A stretch of 64,000 nucleotides of DNA from an uncultured bacterium (GCA_963695335.1 OY968764.1:1280001-1344000); one strand, 5' to 3'. Numbered from the stretch's first letter, positions 52,799 through 63,578 are shown. Numbers and translations are program-made. Notes: generated by a model not told the origin, from the sequence alone.

Positions 52799-53584
52799 AT
52801 GAAAATACATGCATTGGTCGTATTACTTTTATCTGCTTCTCTTGCCAGCAATTGCATGGAAAAAGAAAACTCAACTGCCACGGTTATTAGATATGATGAT
52901 TCCGGCATATCAATAACACGGCATAGAAAAGAAAATGTAATAGGCTTGATGCCAGCCTTTCAAGATACAAAGTTGACCGCCAAAGCCCAAGAAAGAGCAT
53001 CTCTAGTACCACAAGTTCCATTTTCTATCAATGAAAAAACAATGGAAGAATTACAGACTATCAACCGTAAAATTACAGAATTAGACCTAAGACTTAACGC
53101 TGCAAAAGCAAACTCAAGTAATGATCCATTTACGCCAATGGAAATCCAAGCAAAACTTAAAAAACGATACGAAAAGCTGGGTAATACTTTAAATCTTTTA
53201 AACAACGAAATAATGCAAAACTCAACAGATGTACTAGATAATGTGACAAAAGAGATAACATCTCAAGAATCAGTTCTAGTAAACAAATTACGAGATAACC
53301 AAATAACAAAAGATGAATATAATTCACAGTTAAAACAAATTAAAGATTCCTTCCGCAAATCACAAGTAAATACTACAATAATCAATGAATTCATATTGGC
53401 GCATAAAAAAGTACAAGCGATCCAACAATTTGCAGAAATTGGATTAACAAAAAATAAATCTGACAAATTATTTATAGCTATGGAGACAAAATATCGAATA
53501 CAAGCTGGTCATTTAGCAGCTTTAATTAATAAGTTTGTAGAAACATTAGAAGAGTTACCACAAGAACAAACATCAGACAAATAA
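52799..53584 (+). CDS. Secreted coiled-coil hypothetical protein
   Basis: AAGGA RBS before MKIHAL, signal ending SNC-ME, heptad-rich body. Confidence 0.75.
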   Translation: MKIHALVVLLLSASLASNCMEKENSTATVIRYDDSGISITRHRKENVIGLMPAFQDTKLTAKAQERASLVPQVPFSINEKTMEELQTINRKITELDLRLNAAKANSSNDPFTPMEIQAKLKKRYEKLGNTLNLLNNEIMQNSTDVLDNVTKEITSQESVLVNKLRDNQITKDEYNSQLKQIKDSFRKSQVNTTIINEFILAHKKVQAIQQFAEIGLTKNKSDKLFIAMETKYRIQAGHLAALINKFVETLEELPQEQTSDK

Positions 53585-53607
53585 GATCAATTTTATTTCG
53601 TACACAA

Positions 53608-53645
53608 AGAAAGCTTCATGCGTACAAACATGAAGCTTTTCTTTT
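53608..53645. terminator. Bidirectional terminator
   Basis: AAAGCTTCATG...CATGAAGCTTT hairpin between convergent genes. Confidence 0.65.
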
Positions 53646-54075
53646 ATTCACACTCAATTTTGACCACCCGTTTATCAGGCTCATCGCCATAATCAAATGT
53701 CACCCAACAAACGTTATGCGTTAACAGTGGTTTAATTACTTCTGGCCACTCAATAAAAACCCAACTATTAGGTTCATACAAATATTCATCAAATCCTTGT
53801 GCCTGGAACTCTTCCACACTACCAACTCTGTACAAATCAAAATGATAAAAATGTTCATCTTTATCATTGGTATATTCATTCACATACGTAAATGTTGGGC
53901 TTGTGATAACGCCAGTAACGCCACCACTGCGCAATAATGCTTTGATTGTTGTTGTTTTACCTGCACCTAATGGGCCAACGCAAGCAAATATGTGCACATG
54001 CGACATTAAATTCTTAAGCTCTTTTATGACCACTTCGTGGTCGTCCAAAGAATATGTAATTTCTTTTTTAAACAT
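53644..54075 (-). CDS. tsaE: tRNA threonylcarbamoyladenosine biosynthesis ATPase TsaE
   Basis: GPLGAGKTT, SPTF, HFDLYR and IEWPE motifs. Confidence 0.95.
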   Translation of the reverse strand: MFKKEITYSLDDHEVVIKELKNLMSHVHIFACVGPLGAGKTTTIKALLRSGGVTGVITSPTFTYVNEYTNDKDEHFYHFDLYRVGSVEEFQAQGFDEYLYEPNSWVFIEWPEVIKPLLTHNVCWVTFDYGDEPDKRVVKIECE

Positions 54076-54077
54076 AC

Positions 54078-54668
54078 TTATAACTTCTTTAATTTCTTCA
54101 ACAACTCACGCTCGCGCTTATTTATCTCATTCTTTTTAACATGATGCCGTTTTGGACCACTCACCACATCTTCACTTTTTTGTGGGACAATTTTACTCGC
54201 TTGCAGCATCAATTCATCAATATCGAATGCATCATTCTCATGATGCAACTTTGTCACAATAGAATCTTTTTCAGCAACTACCTCTTTTGTTGATAACTCT
54301 TGATGCAATAAGTGCGAAAATGTTGATGAATCAATAGAAGGAATGTTTAAACGTTCTGCCCAGCGGTTAAGTTCACTATCTGATGATACTAACAAAAGAT
54401 CTTGGGTATGATGCGCCTCAACATACTCTTTGATATAATCATCGGCAGTTTCATGAATACCAGAATAAACCACCGTTACCCTTTTCATCTGTTCTTTGAA
54501 CGGCCATTCATGAGGACCCCCATCAAAAACAATCACTACTTTATGACCTTTACGGCGCCCATACGCACTCAATTGCGCAATAAACTGCGCACGCTCTTTA
54601 TCCGTAATTGTTTTTTTATACGGAGGCACGGATCGCAAAAGATTGTAAGCATCAACCACAATAATCAT
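54078..54668 (-). CDS. NYN-domain (YacP/Rae1-like) ribonuclease
   Basis: VVDAYN, IVFDG, TADDYI and VSSD motifs. Confidence 0.85.
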   Translation of the reverse strand: MIIVVDAYNLLRSVPPYKKTITDKERAQFIAQLSAYGRRKGHKVVIVFDGGPHEWPFKEQMKRVTVVYSGIHETADDYIKEYVEAHHTQDLLLVSSDSELNRWAERLNIPSIDSSTFSHLLHQELSTKEVVAEKDSIVTKLHHENDAFDIDELMLQASKIVPQKSEDVVSGPKRHHVKKNEINKRERELLKKLKKL

Positions 54669-54846
54669 ATGTCCCTTTAACCCAAAGCTTTAAACTATCC
54701 CCTAGCTCCATAAGTATAACAAGCACCTATTCAAAACAATAGTCACCTATATATTTCATTGAAAAACATTTCAACTAAAGGTAGATTAAACTATAATTGC
54801 TTTAAAATCATAAAAAAAGCTCGGCAACGAGCGCGAGTAAGATTTC

Positions 54847-55698
54847 ATGTCAAAACTCATTCAAATGCGCAACCGCATTAAAACAATCGAAACAATCAGA
54901 AAAATCACTGATGTGATGCGTATTATTTCTATGTCAGCTCATTCACGGCTTAAAACAAAACAAGAACCACTCAGCGATTATCTTACTGAACTAAAATCAT
55001 TATTCGCTAAAGTACAATTAGCAACACCTTCATGGACAAATGAACGCTTGATGCCAACTGGAGCAGATACCAATCCACTCATTGTTATCATTGGATCACA
55101 AAAAGGTTTGTGCGGCGGCTTTAATACACAACTATCAAAGCTATTACAGCATTACATAGCCCAAAACCCATCAGCTCACTATCATTTTACTGCCATCGGT
55201 AAAAAACCAATTGATTACTTAATTAATAATTATCCTGATAAATTACTCTCTTCTTTCCCTATACTCACTGCACGTAATTTTTTAACCATTTCACAAGAAC
55301 TGACTGATATGATTATGACAACAACTCCTGCGTATACATCAGTCACTATTATCAGCAATCTGTTTAAAAACTTTTTTACCCAAAAAGCAACCATCACTCA
55401 CCTTGTTCCATTTAATGCTACAGATATATCAATGCAGATCCCCGCACCGACGGAAGAATATATTTGGGATGAAGCGCCACACACCATTCTGGATGCGCTT
55501 GCTGTGCAATATGTTGAAGCACAATTTCAGCACCTTATTTTTCAGTCGCTGCTTGCTGAGCATGCAGCGCGTTTTATTTCTATGGATAGCTCAACGCGCA
55601 ATGCGTATAATTTATTAAGTACAACAAAATTGGAATACAACAAAGTGCGTCAAGCGAAAATTACCACTGAAATTACTGAATTAACGGGGAATTTTTAG
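54847..55698 (+). CDS. atpG: ATP synthase F1 gamma subunit
   Basis: RI.T..T..KIT..M, KGLCGGFN, EHAAR..SM and YNKVRQAKITTEI motifs. Confidence 0.95.
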   Translation: MSKLIQMRNRIKTIETIRKITDVMRIISMSAHSRLKTKQEPLSDYLTELKSLFAKVQLATPSWTNERLMPTGADTNPLIVIIGSQKGLCGGFNTQLSKLLQHYIAQNPSAHYHFTAIGKKPIDYLINNYPDKLLSSFPILTARNFLTISQELTDMIMTTTPAYTSVTIISNLFKNFFTQKATITHLVPFNATDISMQIPAPTEEYIWDEAPHTILDALAVQYVEAQFQHLIFQSLLAEHAARFISMDSSTRNAYNLLSTTKLEYNKVRQAKITTEITELTGNF

Positions 55699-57478
55699 TA
55701 GCCAACTCTTTTTGTTTTTCACGTTGCTTGATAAGCACGTTTTCTATTTTTTTGATTTGTTCAGAACTAATTTCTTGTCGTACTTCTTTTGCAGCTGCCG
55801 ACAATTGTTGATACTGATCACGTATCATATTCATTTTTTCTTGATAAAACTTTTCAAGCTCAGAATCTTTCTCAACTTTCTCTATTTTTATCTTTTTTAA
55901 ACCAAAAAAATGAAAAATCCGCGTGAGCAAGCTTCTCTTTTTTTGTTTACTTTTTTCTCCAACAAATAAAACATCATTTTTGTCTTTGTAAAAAACTATC
56001 ATATCATTATGCACACTAAAAATATGCTTTTGTTCTTGATAATTATATGGTGAACCAACAATGAGAATATCTTTATAATCACCAATTTCATCGATAAAAA
56101 ATATAATTCTTCCTCTCGATGAAATCACTAATTCAAACCAATCTAATATATCATAAAAACTCTGTGTTGATGATATATTTTTTATCCTCGTAACAACAAC
56201 CAAATCTTCATCAATTTCTTTTGGTGATACCATAGGGATTATTGCTTTTACACGAGACGAATTAACCACCAACTCAAATGGAATTTCATCTGCATATAAC
56301 AAAATTAATTCCGGATCTTTCTTAAAAAAGTTCACGATATGTAACGGTTTTTGAGGGTCTCTGGTTTTAGCTAAAATTGAACCTATGGAAACAGTTTTTT
56401 TATCCGCATCTAATACTGAAAACCATTCAATACCAGGTAATTTAATTTGCGGTGTATTTTCTATATAATTTTGAGAAATAGGTTTTATTATATCACTATA
56501 ATGCCCTTCTAACTCTTTTGCTTTTTTGAAAAAATCAGCAAAATCAGAATCTGTTAATTCTGTTAAAATAAAAGCTCGAATATATGTGGCAACATTATTA
56601 AGCGCTTGGACTATGATAGGAAATGAATAATACTGTTGCGTTTCTAACTTTATTTCTCCGTATACCTTGTCAACATTCATTCCTGCTGCATAACAAGAAT
56701 CAATCACAAATAATCGTGTATGTATTTTATTGTCTAAAAAATGTAATAATTTTTTAAACCCATCAAAACTCAGATGAGCAATTGAATAATCAATACCCCC
56801 ATGACCCTCTATAAACAAAATCCATTCAGGAATACTCATATTTTTATTTTTATAATCAGATTTTTTACAAAAAATCTCATCTAATGAATCACTAAAATAA
56901 TCAGCAAATTCTGGCCGTGATGACGATTGAGTTAGATCTATATCATTAATAGTTTTCATGTGATTGACTTTAAGACCAAGTTGTAACTCTATATCAGATA
57001 TCACATCTGCAGAACCACCACTCTCTTTTACTTTATCTTTATCAATCTTCAAAGCCTCCAAATAGACATCAGGTAGCAACAAATTCAATGATTCGTTAAT
57101 TTGTTTTATAACCCATCGTCTTGGTTGAAAAGCCATTCTACTTTGCAAATTACTCCAAGCTATTTCTTTTCTTTTTTTAAACACATTATGGAGCAATGAA
57201 GTAGAAACAATGATTGGTCCTACTTGTTGGTATAAAGCAGTTAATAAACTCACACTGACTGCATCAAATTTTCTTTCTGAATCATCAAGAAATATTAACA
57301 ATCCTTTTTTATTATCTAAATCATCTTTAACCGTTGATACTATTGGCTCTTGCGCTGGTACTTTTGTTATCTTCTTGGGTATATACAATGGTTTAGATTT
57401 TTTATTTATGTGCATCTGTTTAGCAATAATACCTGCAAAAAAGACTACAAAAAAAATACCTACCTTTATATTTTTCAT
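55673..57478 (-). CDS. Secreted clan CD (caspase/hemoglobinase-fold)-like cysteine protease, copy 1
   Basis: WILFIEGHGG...RLFVIDSCYAAG His/Cys dyad pattern. Paralog of 57670..59556. Confidence 0.6.
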   Translation of the reverse strand: MKNIKVGIFFVVFFAGIIAKQMHINKKSKPLYIPKKITKVPAQEPIVSTVKDDLDNKKGLLIFLDDSERKFDAVSVSLLTALYQQVGPIIVSTSLLHNVFKKRKEIAWSNLQSRMAFQPRRWVIKQINESLNLLLPDVYLEALKIDKDKVKESGGSADVISDIELQLGLKVNHMKTINDIDLTQSSSRPEFADYFSDSLDEIFCKKSDYKNKNMSIPEWILFIEGHGGIDYSIAHLSFDGFKKLLHFLDNKIHTRLFVIDSCYAAGMNVDKVYGEIKLETQQYYSFPIIVQALNNVATYIRAFILTELTDSDFADFFKKAKELEGHYSDIIKPISQNYIENTPQIKLPGIEWFSVLDADKKTVSIGSILAKTRDPQKPLHIVNFFKKDPELILLYADEIPFELVVNSSRVKAIIPMVSPKEIDEDLVVVTRIKNISSTQSFYDILDWFELVISSRGRIIFFIDEIGDYKDILIVGSPYNYQEQKHIFSVHNDMIVFYKDKNDVLFVGEKSKQKKRSLLTRIFHFFGLKKIKIEKVEKDSELEKFYQEKMNMIRDQYQQLSAAAKEVRQEISSEQIKKIENVLIKQREKQKELATKNSPLIQ

Positions 57479-57669
57479 AATGAGAAATCCTGTATTAATG
57501 AATTATTCATTCACCCGTACAATAGCGGATTTCCAATTTGAAAAACAACCCTTTAATATATCCTCCTTCGCATAAAGCTATGGAGGCAGGTCAGAAGAGA
57601 AACATAAAAAAAGAGGCTGTTTAAAAGCCTCTTTGTAGAAATTACTGAATTTACGGGTAATTTTTAAAT

Positions 57670-59556
57670 TTATTTTTGAACTTCCTGCAATTGTTTTACA
57701 CGTTGCCGAGCAAGCACTTCTTCTACCAATTGCTGTTTTTCTTCTTTACTTTTTTGTCTTTCTTTTTGTTTTTCATATTTCTGTGCAATTACATTTTCCA
57801 TTTTCTTAATCTGTTCAGAAGAAATTTCTCTTCTTATTTCTCTCGACCGCATCTCTAAAATTCTGTCATTATAATCTTTTTCCTCATCAGAATCATGTTT
57901 AACCAATACCAATGCCTTTTCTATTGGATTTGAGTACACCCTTTCTATCTCTGCCATAAATAGTGTATTACCTTTAAAAATTGGTTTATCATTATTGTCT
58001 TTAAAATAAACTTTTGTACCATAATCTTTAGTGCCAAAAATCAGAATATCCTTATAACCATCAATTTCATCAATAAAAAAGCATTTGGATCCTCCCGATG
58101 TTCCCGTTAACATAAACCATTGCAATATTCCAACAAAACTATGCGTTGCTGATGATATTTTTTTTATCTTATGAAAAATACGTTCTGGTTCATTTGGAAC
58201 AGACCCTGATGACATCATAGAAAATATACCTTGTAAGTTTTTAGAATTAATTGTCAACTCAAATGGTATTTCATCGGTATATAATAAAATTATTTCTGGA
58301 TCCTTTTTAAAAAATGAAACTATGTTGAGTGGTTTCTGAGGATCCTGAGTTTGAGCTAAGATAGAACCTATTGAAACAACTTTTTTATCAACTATATCAA
58401 CGGAAAGCCATTCAATTCCAGGTAATTTAATTTGTGGTATCTGAAATAACTTACTTACATAAGAGAAAAGATGTTTAAAATTACCTTCTTTTATTTTTTG
58501 CGCTATTTCAAAGGGAGAATCAAAATGAAGGATGTATGTAAGTTCTTCCCGTTCATGCCATTTATGCATATCAATATCAGGCGCTTGATCTGTTCTAACA
58601 ACATCATTAATTCCATTCACTATAATGGGAAATGAATACTGAGCTTTAACTTGTGATTTCATATTTCCAAAAATTTTATCTGTATTCGCTCCTACGGCAA
58701 AACAAGATACGTACATCAATAATTGTGTTTTTATTTTATGTTCTAAAAAATGTAAAAACTGCTGAAACCCATTTAAGCTGAGACCTACAACTCTAGTGCC
58801 AATACGCCCATGTCCTTCTATATACATAACCCATTCAGGACTCTGTTGCTTTGCGATTCTATAGTCCGAGTTTGTACAAAAAATAGAATCCATTGCTTCA
58901 ACAAAATAATCAGCAAACTTAAAATCTTTGGGTCTTTCAATCTGATCAATGGTAATAGTTTCCATATGATTAACTTTAAAACCTAATTTTAATTCAGTCT
59001 CAGATGGCAACTCTACATTTTTATTATAGTCAACTTGTTTACCATTAATGTGTAATGTTTCTAAATAAACCTTAGGGATTAAAAGAACCAATGAATCATT
59101 AATCTTTTTTATAATCCATGGTTCTTGTTCAAAACATATTCTCGATAGAATAATACTTTCTTTTTCTGCAAATTCCTTAAATTTACCAGAAGAATAATCC
59201 GACCAGCTATCATTTAATAAATCCTTAATTGGTCTTATATCCTTCTTTGCTGCCTCATGTACATTATACAATAATGATGTAGATAGAATTATTGGATAAT
59301 TTTTTAGACAAAGTCCTGTCAAAACCATCCCTCCTATACCACCGAGCTCTTTTTCCGAATCATCTAAAAATATGAGTACGTTCCTTGTTTCAGCTTCTTT
59401 TGTTTCTATTAAATCTTGCTTTTCAAAAAATTGAATCTGCAATTTTTCTGTTTCAGATGTATGCATAGAAAAAAGATTTGTTGCAAAAAAAGTCCCTAAC
59501 AAACCACTCAAATAAAACAATTGAGTTATTCTTAAACTATTTTTTAAGTTTTTCAT
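57670..59556 (-). CDS. Secreted clan CD-like cysteine protease, copy 2
   Basis: WVMYIEGHGR...LLMYVSCFAVG. Shares IFLDDSE, PQIKLPGIEW and FFKKDPE with copy 1. Confidence 0.6.
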   Translation of the reverse strand: MKNLKNSLRITQLFYLSGLLGTFFATNLFSMHTSETEKLQIQFFEKQDLIETKEAETRNVLIFLDDSEKELGGIGGMVLTGLCLKNYPIILSTSLLYNVHEAAKKDIRPIKDLLNDSWSDYSSGKFKEFAEKESIILSRICFEQEPWIIKKINDSLVLLIPKVYLETLHINGKQVDYNKNVELPSETELKLGFKVNHMETITIDQIERPKDFKFADYFVEAMDSIFCTNSDYRIAKQQSPEWVMYIEGHGRIGTRVVGLSLNGFQQFLHFLEHKIKTQLLMYVSCFAVGANTDKIFGNMKSQVKAQYSFPIIVNGINDVVRTDQAPDIDMHKWHEREELTYILHFDSPFEIAQKIKEGNFKHLFSYVSKLFQIPQIKLPGIEWLSVDIVDKKVVSIGSILAQTQDPQKPLNIVSFFKKDPEIILLYTDEIPFELTINSKNLQGIFSMMSSGSVPNEPERIFHKIKKISSATHSFVGILQWFMLTGTSGGSKCFFIDEIDGYKDILIFGTKDYGTKVYFKDNNDKPIFKGNTLFMAEIERVYSNPIEKALVLVKHDSDEEKDYNDRILEMRSREIRREISSEQIKKMENVIAQKYEKQKERQKSKEEKQQLVEEVLARQRVKQLQEVQK

Positions 59557-59705
59557 AATTGAAAATCCTTTATTAAAAACTTTGTTAAATACAATCATCG
59601 TTATTATAATATCAAATTTTCAAATTGAAACACAAGAATTGCTTTTTAAACAAAAAAAGAGGCTGTTTTACAGCCCCTTTTACTTCTTCTATTTTTATCT
59701 TATGA

Positions 59706-61373
59706 CTATGCCTGTTGTTGTATTAAGCGTGCAATATTTGCAGCAATCAAATAAGCTGACGCCATTGGTGCACCATCCATACATAATGGAACTATAGAAT
59801 CATCTGCTACAATCAGGTCACATACACCATATACATTTCCTGAACTATCAACAACACCGCCTTGTCCGAATGGAGCCATGCGGCAATGGCTTTGAAAAGA
59901 TTCACTTGAAATAATATTATTCTGTATAAAATCTGTAACTGCTGCAAGGTCATTGAGTATTGCAGGATCTGGATATACCAATTGATAACGAGAATTAATA
60001 CTCTGCAATGCATTGTTTGTATTTTTAATAGTGATCATAAGAAGCTTTTGAAGCATGTTTAAATCTGCCGGATTAGATAATACACCTAAATCAATTACTG
60101 GTGGCTGTAATGGATCTGCACCATTAATCGTGATGCTTCCGCGACTTTGTGTTGGCTCAAGCGTAAGTACTCCCACAGCTATTCCTGGTATTGGATTAAT
60201 AGTAAAAAAACTAGCTGCCCGTATAGATTGATCTCCCAATGGATCTGGCAACCATGCAATGTTATTCAAATAATTACTTGGATCAACAGCAGGAACTGGC
60301 GTATCACTTGGATCAGTACTAAAGAATAATGGTACAATATAATGATCAGCCAATCCTTGACCTACATTTGGATTATCAAATACCACTGGTATATTAAGTG
60401 ATTTCAATACTTTTCTAGGACCTACACCAGAATGCATTAACAATGAACTACTAAAAAGTCCGGCACTTATAATAACTTTTTTATTTGCAAAAACTTGTTC
60501 AACTTTACCGTTGTGCATATATTCTACACCAATTGCCCTATTGCCTTTCCACAATATTCGCAATGCAGGTGATTCAAATAACACCCTCAATTTTCTTCCA
60601 TCAACACCAAAGCCCTCAGGAGTCATCACTTGATCATTCAAAAATGCAACTGCACTACTCACTCGTAATGTTCCATCAGGTGCGCTTTGCGTATACTGCA
60701 ATTGTGTTGAAGCGCCAGTGGGAGTTTGAGGATCATTATAATCACGCACAAAAGGAAGACCCGTTGCATCCATAATTGCTTGAGTAAATGTCTGCGACAC
60801 AGCTGTTGGATTTTGTGGTTGACGCACAGAAATAGGACCATGATATCCACGCGCTTTTGGATTAGTTGTCTTTCCTGAATACGTTTCAAGTTGTTTGTAA
60901 ATATCTAATATTTGATTAACGGACCAATTTTTGCCAGCGATAGCTTCCCATTGTGAATAAACAGCGCTTGTTCCCCTCACATAAGCACCTGCATTAATTT
61001 GCGATGCGCCACTTTCTGGCAAAGCGAGCACCCACAATAATTCTCGATCATCTGCATTGGGTTGTGGAACAGTGGATCCTGTTTGATAATAAGGCGCATT
61101 AAATAATGCCGACACAACAACCAAGGGTGCAAATGCAGAAAATGCAAGTAATGGATCTTGCGTAAGGTTTTTTCCATTATGCAATGCAACAACTGAGCTT
61201 GTTTTATCATCACTCAATAATTTAGCAAGTGTTGCACCGGCTGTACCAACACCAACAACAATATAATCTGCACGTTTTACTTTATCTTTTTTATTCTTGT
61301 GTTCTGCATGTAGCGGCACTATGGTGATATATGAAAAGAAAAAAAATAAAAGAAAATGGATGATATTTTTCAT
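59706..61373 (-). CDS. GMC family oxidoreductase (secreted)
   Basis: DYIVVGVGTAG FAD motif, INAGAYVRG, VG..L.DH, SRG.ITI and GVVD..G.VYGV motifs. Confidence 0.92.
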   Translation of the reverse strand: MKNIIHFLLFFFFSYITIVPLHAEHKNKKDKVKRADYIVVGVGTAGATLAKLLSDDKTSSVVALHNGKNLTQDPLLAFSAFAPLVVVSALFNAPYYQTGSTVPQPNADDRELLWVLALPESGASQINAGAYVRGTSAVYSQWEAIAGKNWSVNQILDIYKQLETYSGKTTNPKARGYHGPISVRQPQNPTAVSQTFTQAIMDATGLPFVRDYNDPQTPTGASTQLQYTQSAPDGTLRVSSAVAFLNDQVMTPEGFGVDGRKLRVLFESPALRILWKGNRAIGVEYMHNGKVEQVFANKKVIISAGLFSSSLLMHSGVGPRKVLKSLNIPVVFDNPNVGQGLADHYIVPLFFSTDPSDTPVPAVDPSNYLNNIAWLPDPLGDQSIRAASFFTINPIPGIAVGVLTLEPTQSRGSITINGADPLQPPVIDLGVLSNPADLNMLQKLLMITIKNTNNALQSINSRYQLVYPDPAILNDLAAVTDFIQNNIISSESFQSHCRMAPFGQGGVVDSSGNVYGVCDLIVADDSIVPLCMDGAPMASAYLIAANIARLIQQQA

Positions 61374-61429
61374 AAGACTCTCCTTTTTAACTGTTTTCAG
61401 CGAATCGTAGAAAAACAATCATATTAAAA

Positions 61430-62752
61430 TCAAGGATGTTTTTCATCATACTTATTTTCAGGCACAATAATACTCTCATCATCTTCATGCACCGTTACAC
61501 GTGCGCCTAATTGCTGCAATTTATTTTCAAGCGCATCATAGCCACGCTTAAAATGATGTAAGCCGGCAATTGTAGTGGTTCCTTGTGCATTTAAACCTGC
61601 AACAATCAATGCCATCACAGCTCTAATATCATTGCCAACAACTGCAGCACCGTATAATTTTTTACTGCCAGTTATGATAACTTTATTATGCTCAATCTTA
61701 ATTTCCGCACCCATTTTGACCAGTTCATGTGCATGATGAAAACGATTTTCAAACACTGTTTCTTCAATAACACTTGTGCCCTGAGCTAAACATTGTAATG
61801 CCATCATCGGTGGTTGCAAATCTGTGGGGAATTGTGGATAGGGGCCAGTTTTTAGAGACACAGCCCGAGGGGACTGTGTCGATTTTAAATGAATACCTTT
61901 ATTATTAGAACCAACGGTAATTGTGTGTCCCATTTCTTCTAATTTTAATAAAACAACATCTAAGACATCAGCACATGCATCAGGCAAATAAATCTCTCCA
62001 CCCGTTGCAGCTGTAGCAATTAATAATGACCCTGCTTCGAGCCGATCAAACATAATAGTGTGATCTACTGGATACAAAACATCAACACCTTCAACGGTGA
62101 TTGTTGCGGGAGCATCAACTTTTATTTTTGCCCCCATTTTTGTCAGGCATTCAATCAAATTAAAAACTTCAGGCTCACACGCGGCATTAATAATTTTCGT
62201 TGTTCTTTGAGCACGTGTTGCTGCCATAATGATATTTTCTGTTGCCCCCACACTGGGATATTCAAGAACAATTTTTGCAGCAATTAAATTTTCAACCTCT
62301 GCACACAGATAATCACCTTCATGATGTATCACCACACCCATCTTTGCAAAATTTTTTAAATGATAATCAATTGGTCTTTTGCCAATTGCATCACCACCGG
62401 GTTGTCCGCCAATACGCGCTTTGCCAAAGCGTGCCAACAGTGGTCCCATCACCAAAATTGATGTGCGTGTTTTTTTCATCATCGCACCACTCACATCCCA
62501 TGCATGCAACAACGTTGTATCAACAAACAGTTGATGATGCTCTGTATCAAAAAAAATAACTGCACCAAAATGGCGCAGCAATTCTATCATCTCAAAAACA
62601 TCCGCTGATGCAGGAACATTGTGTAATACAGATTTTCCACTCGTTAAAATTAACGATGCAATCGTCACTAAAACAGCATTTTTTGCTCCAGAAAGTGCTA
62701 CCTCGCCTTGTAATGCTGACGATTGTTCAACTTTTAAATATCCATTGTGCAT
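61430..62752 (-). CDS. murA: UDP-N-acetylglucosamine 1-carboxyvinyltransferase (Asp at the Cys115 position)
   Basis: GAKNA, PGGDAIG.RPID.H, SVGATEN, FPTDLQ and FENRF motifs. Confidence 0.96.
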   Translation of the reverse strand: MHNGYLKVEQSSALQGEVALSGAKNAVLVTIASLILTSGKSVLHNVPASADVFEMIELLRHFGAVIFFDTEHHQLFVDTTLLHAWDVSGAMMKKTRTSILVMGPLLARFGKARIGGQPGGDAIGKRPIDYHLKNFAKMGVVIHHEGDYLCAEVENLIAAKIVLEYPSVGATENIIMAATRAQRTTKIINAACEPEVFNLIECLTKMGAKIKVDAPATITVEGVDVLYPVDHTIMFDRLEAGSLLIATAATGGEIYLPDACADVLDVVLLKLEEMGHTITVGSNNKGIHLKSTQSPRAVSLKTGPYPQFPTDLQPPMMALQCLAQGTSVIEETVFENRFHHAHELVKMGAEIKIEHNKVIITGSKKLYGAAVVGNDIRAVMALIVAGLNAQGTTTIAGLHHFKRGYDALENKLQQLGARVTVHEDDESIIVPENKYDEKHP

Positions 62753-62826
62753 ATAAAAAAACTCCTGCTCATATCGTGTTAAATATGAGCAGTGTACTGG
62801 AAGTCAGCAAAAATTAAAAAGTTTAT

Positions 62827-63549
62827 TTACTGTTTTAATTGAGAAATTTCATTTTTAGTCAGATGGCGCCACTGGCCAACTTCAAGACGAGTTTTGGTTA
62901 ACCCTGCATAACCTGCACGGTCAAGTTTTCTGACATCATACCCCAAATGCTCAAAAATACGACGAATTATAAGATTTTTACCACTATGCAATGTCACCGT
63001 TAGATTTTGTTTTGATCTATCAGGAAAAAAACTTGCTGAATCGACCTGAATAAAGCCGTCTTCAAGTTGAACGCCTGCTCTTATTTTCTGCATATGTGTC
63101 CGTGTTAATACTTTATCAAGCTGCACATTATATATTTTTTCAATTTCAAAACGTGGGTGGGATAATTTTAGGGCAAGTTCACCATCGTTGGTCAGTACCA
63201 ATAAACCGGTGGTATTGCGGTCTAATCGCCCTACTGGATACACACGCTGTTTTATTTCTTGTTCAATCAGATTAAGGACATTATGACGCCCAAGATCATC
63301 AGACACCGTTGTAATGCAATTTTTAGGCTTATTGAGTAAGATATAGACCTTCTCTTCTGAACGGACTAAGGTTTCATTAATCCGTACACAATCATTGGGA
63401 TTAACCTTAAATCCTGGCTCATTGATCATGACACCATTAACGGTGACCACCTTGGATTTAATGATATCCACGACCTTACGGCGTGAGGCAATGCCCGCTT
63501 GGGCAAGGTATTTACTTAAAGAATCGGACTGGCTTTTTTGTGTATTCAT
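62827..63549 (-). CDS. rRNA pseudouridine synthase (RluB/RsuA family)
   Basis: S4 domain (LA.AGIASRR), NKPK and VGRLD..TTGLL.LTNDG motifs. Confidence 0.93.
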   Translation of the reverse strand: MNTQKSQSDSLSKYLAQAGIASRRKVVDIIKSKVVTVNGVMINEPGFKVNPNDCVRINETLVRSEEKVYILLNKPKNCITTVSDDLGRHNVLNLIEQEIKQRVYPVGRLDRNTTGLLVLTNDGELALKLSHPRFEIEKIYNVQLDKVLTRTHMQKIRAGVQLEDGFIQVDSASFFPDRSKQNLTVTLHSGKNLIIRRIFEHLGYDVRKLDRAGYAGLTKTRLEVGQWRHLTKNEISQLKQ

Positions 63550-63578
63550 ACTATAAGTATAGCAGAATAAGCAGATTT

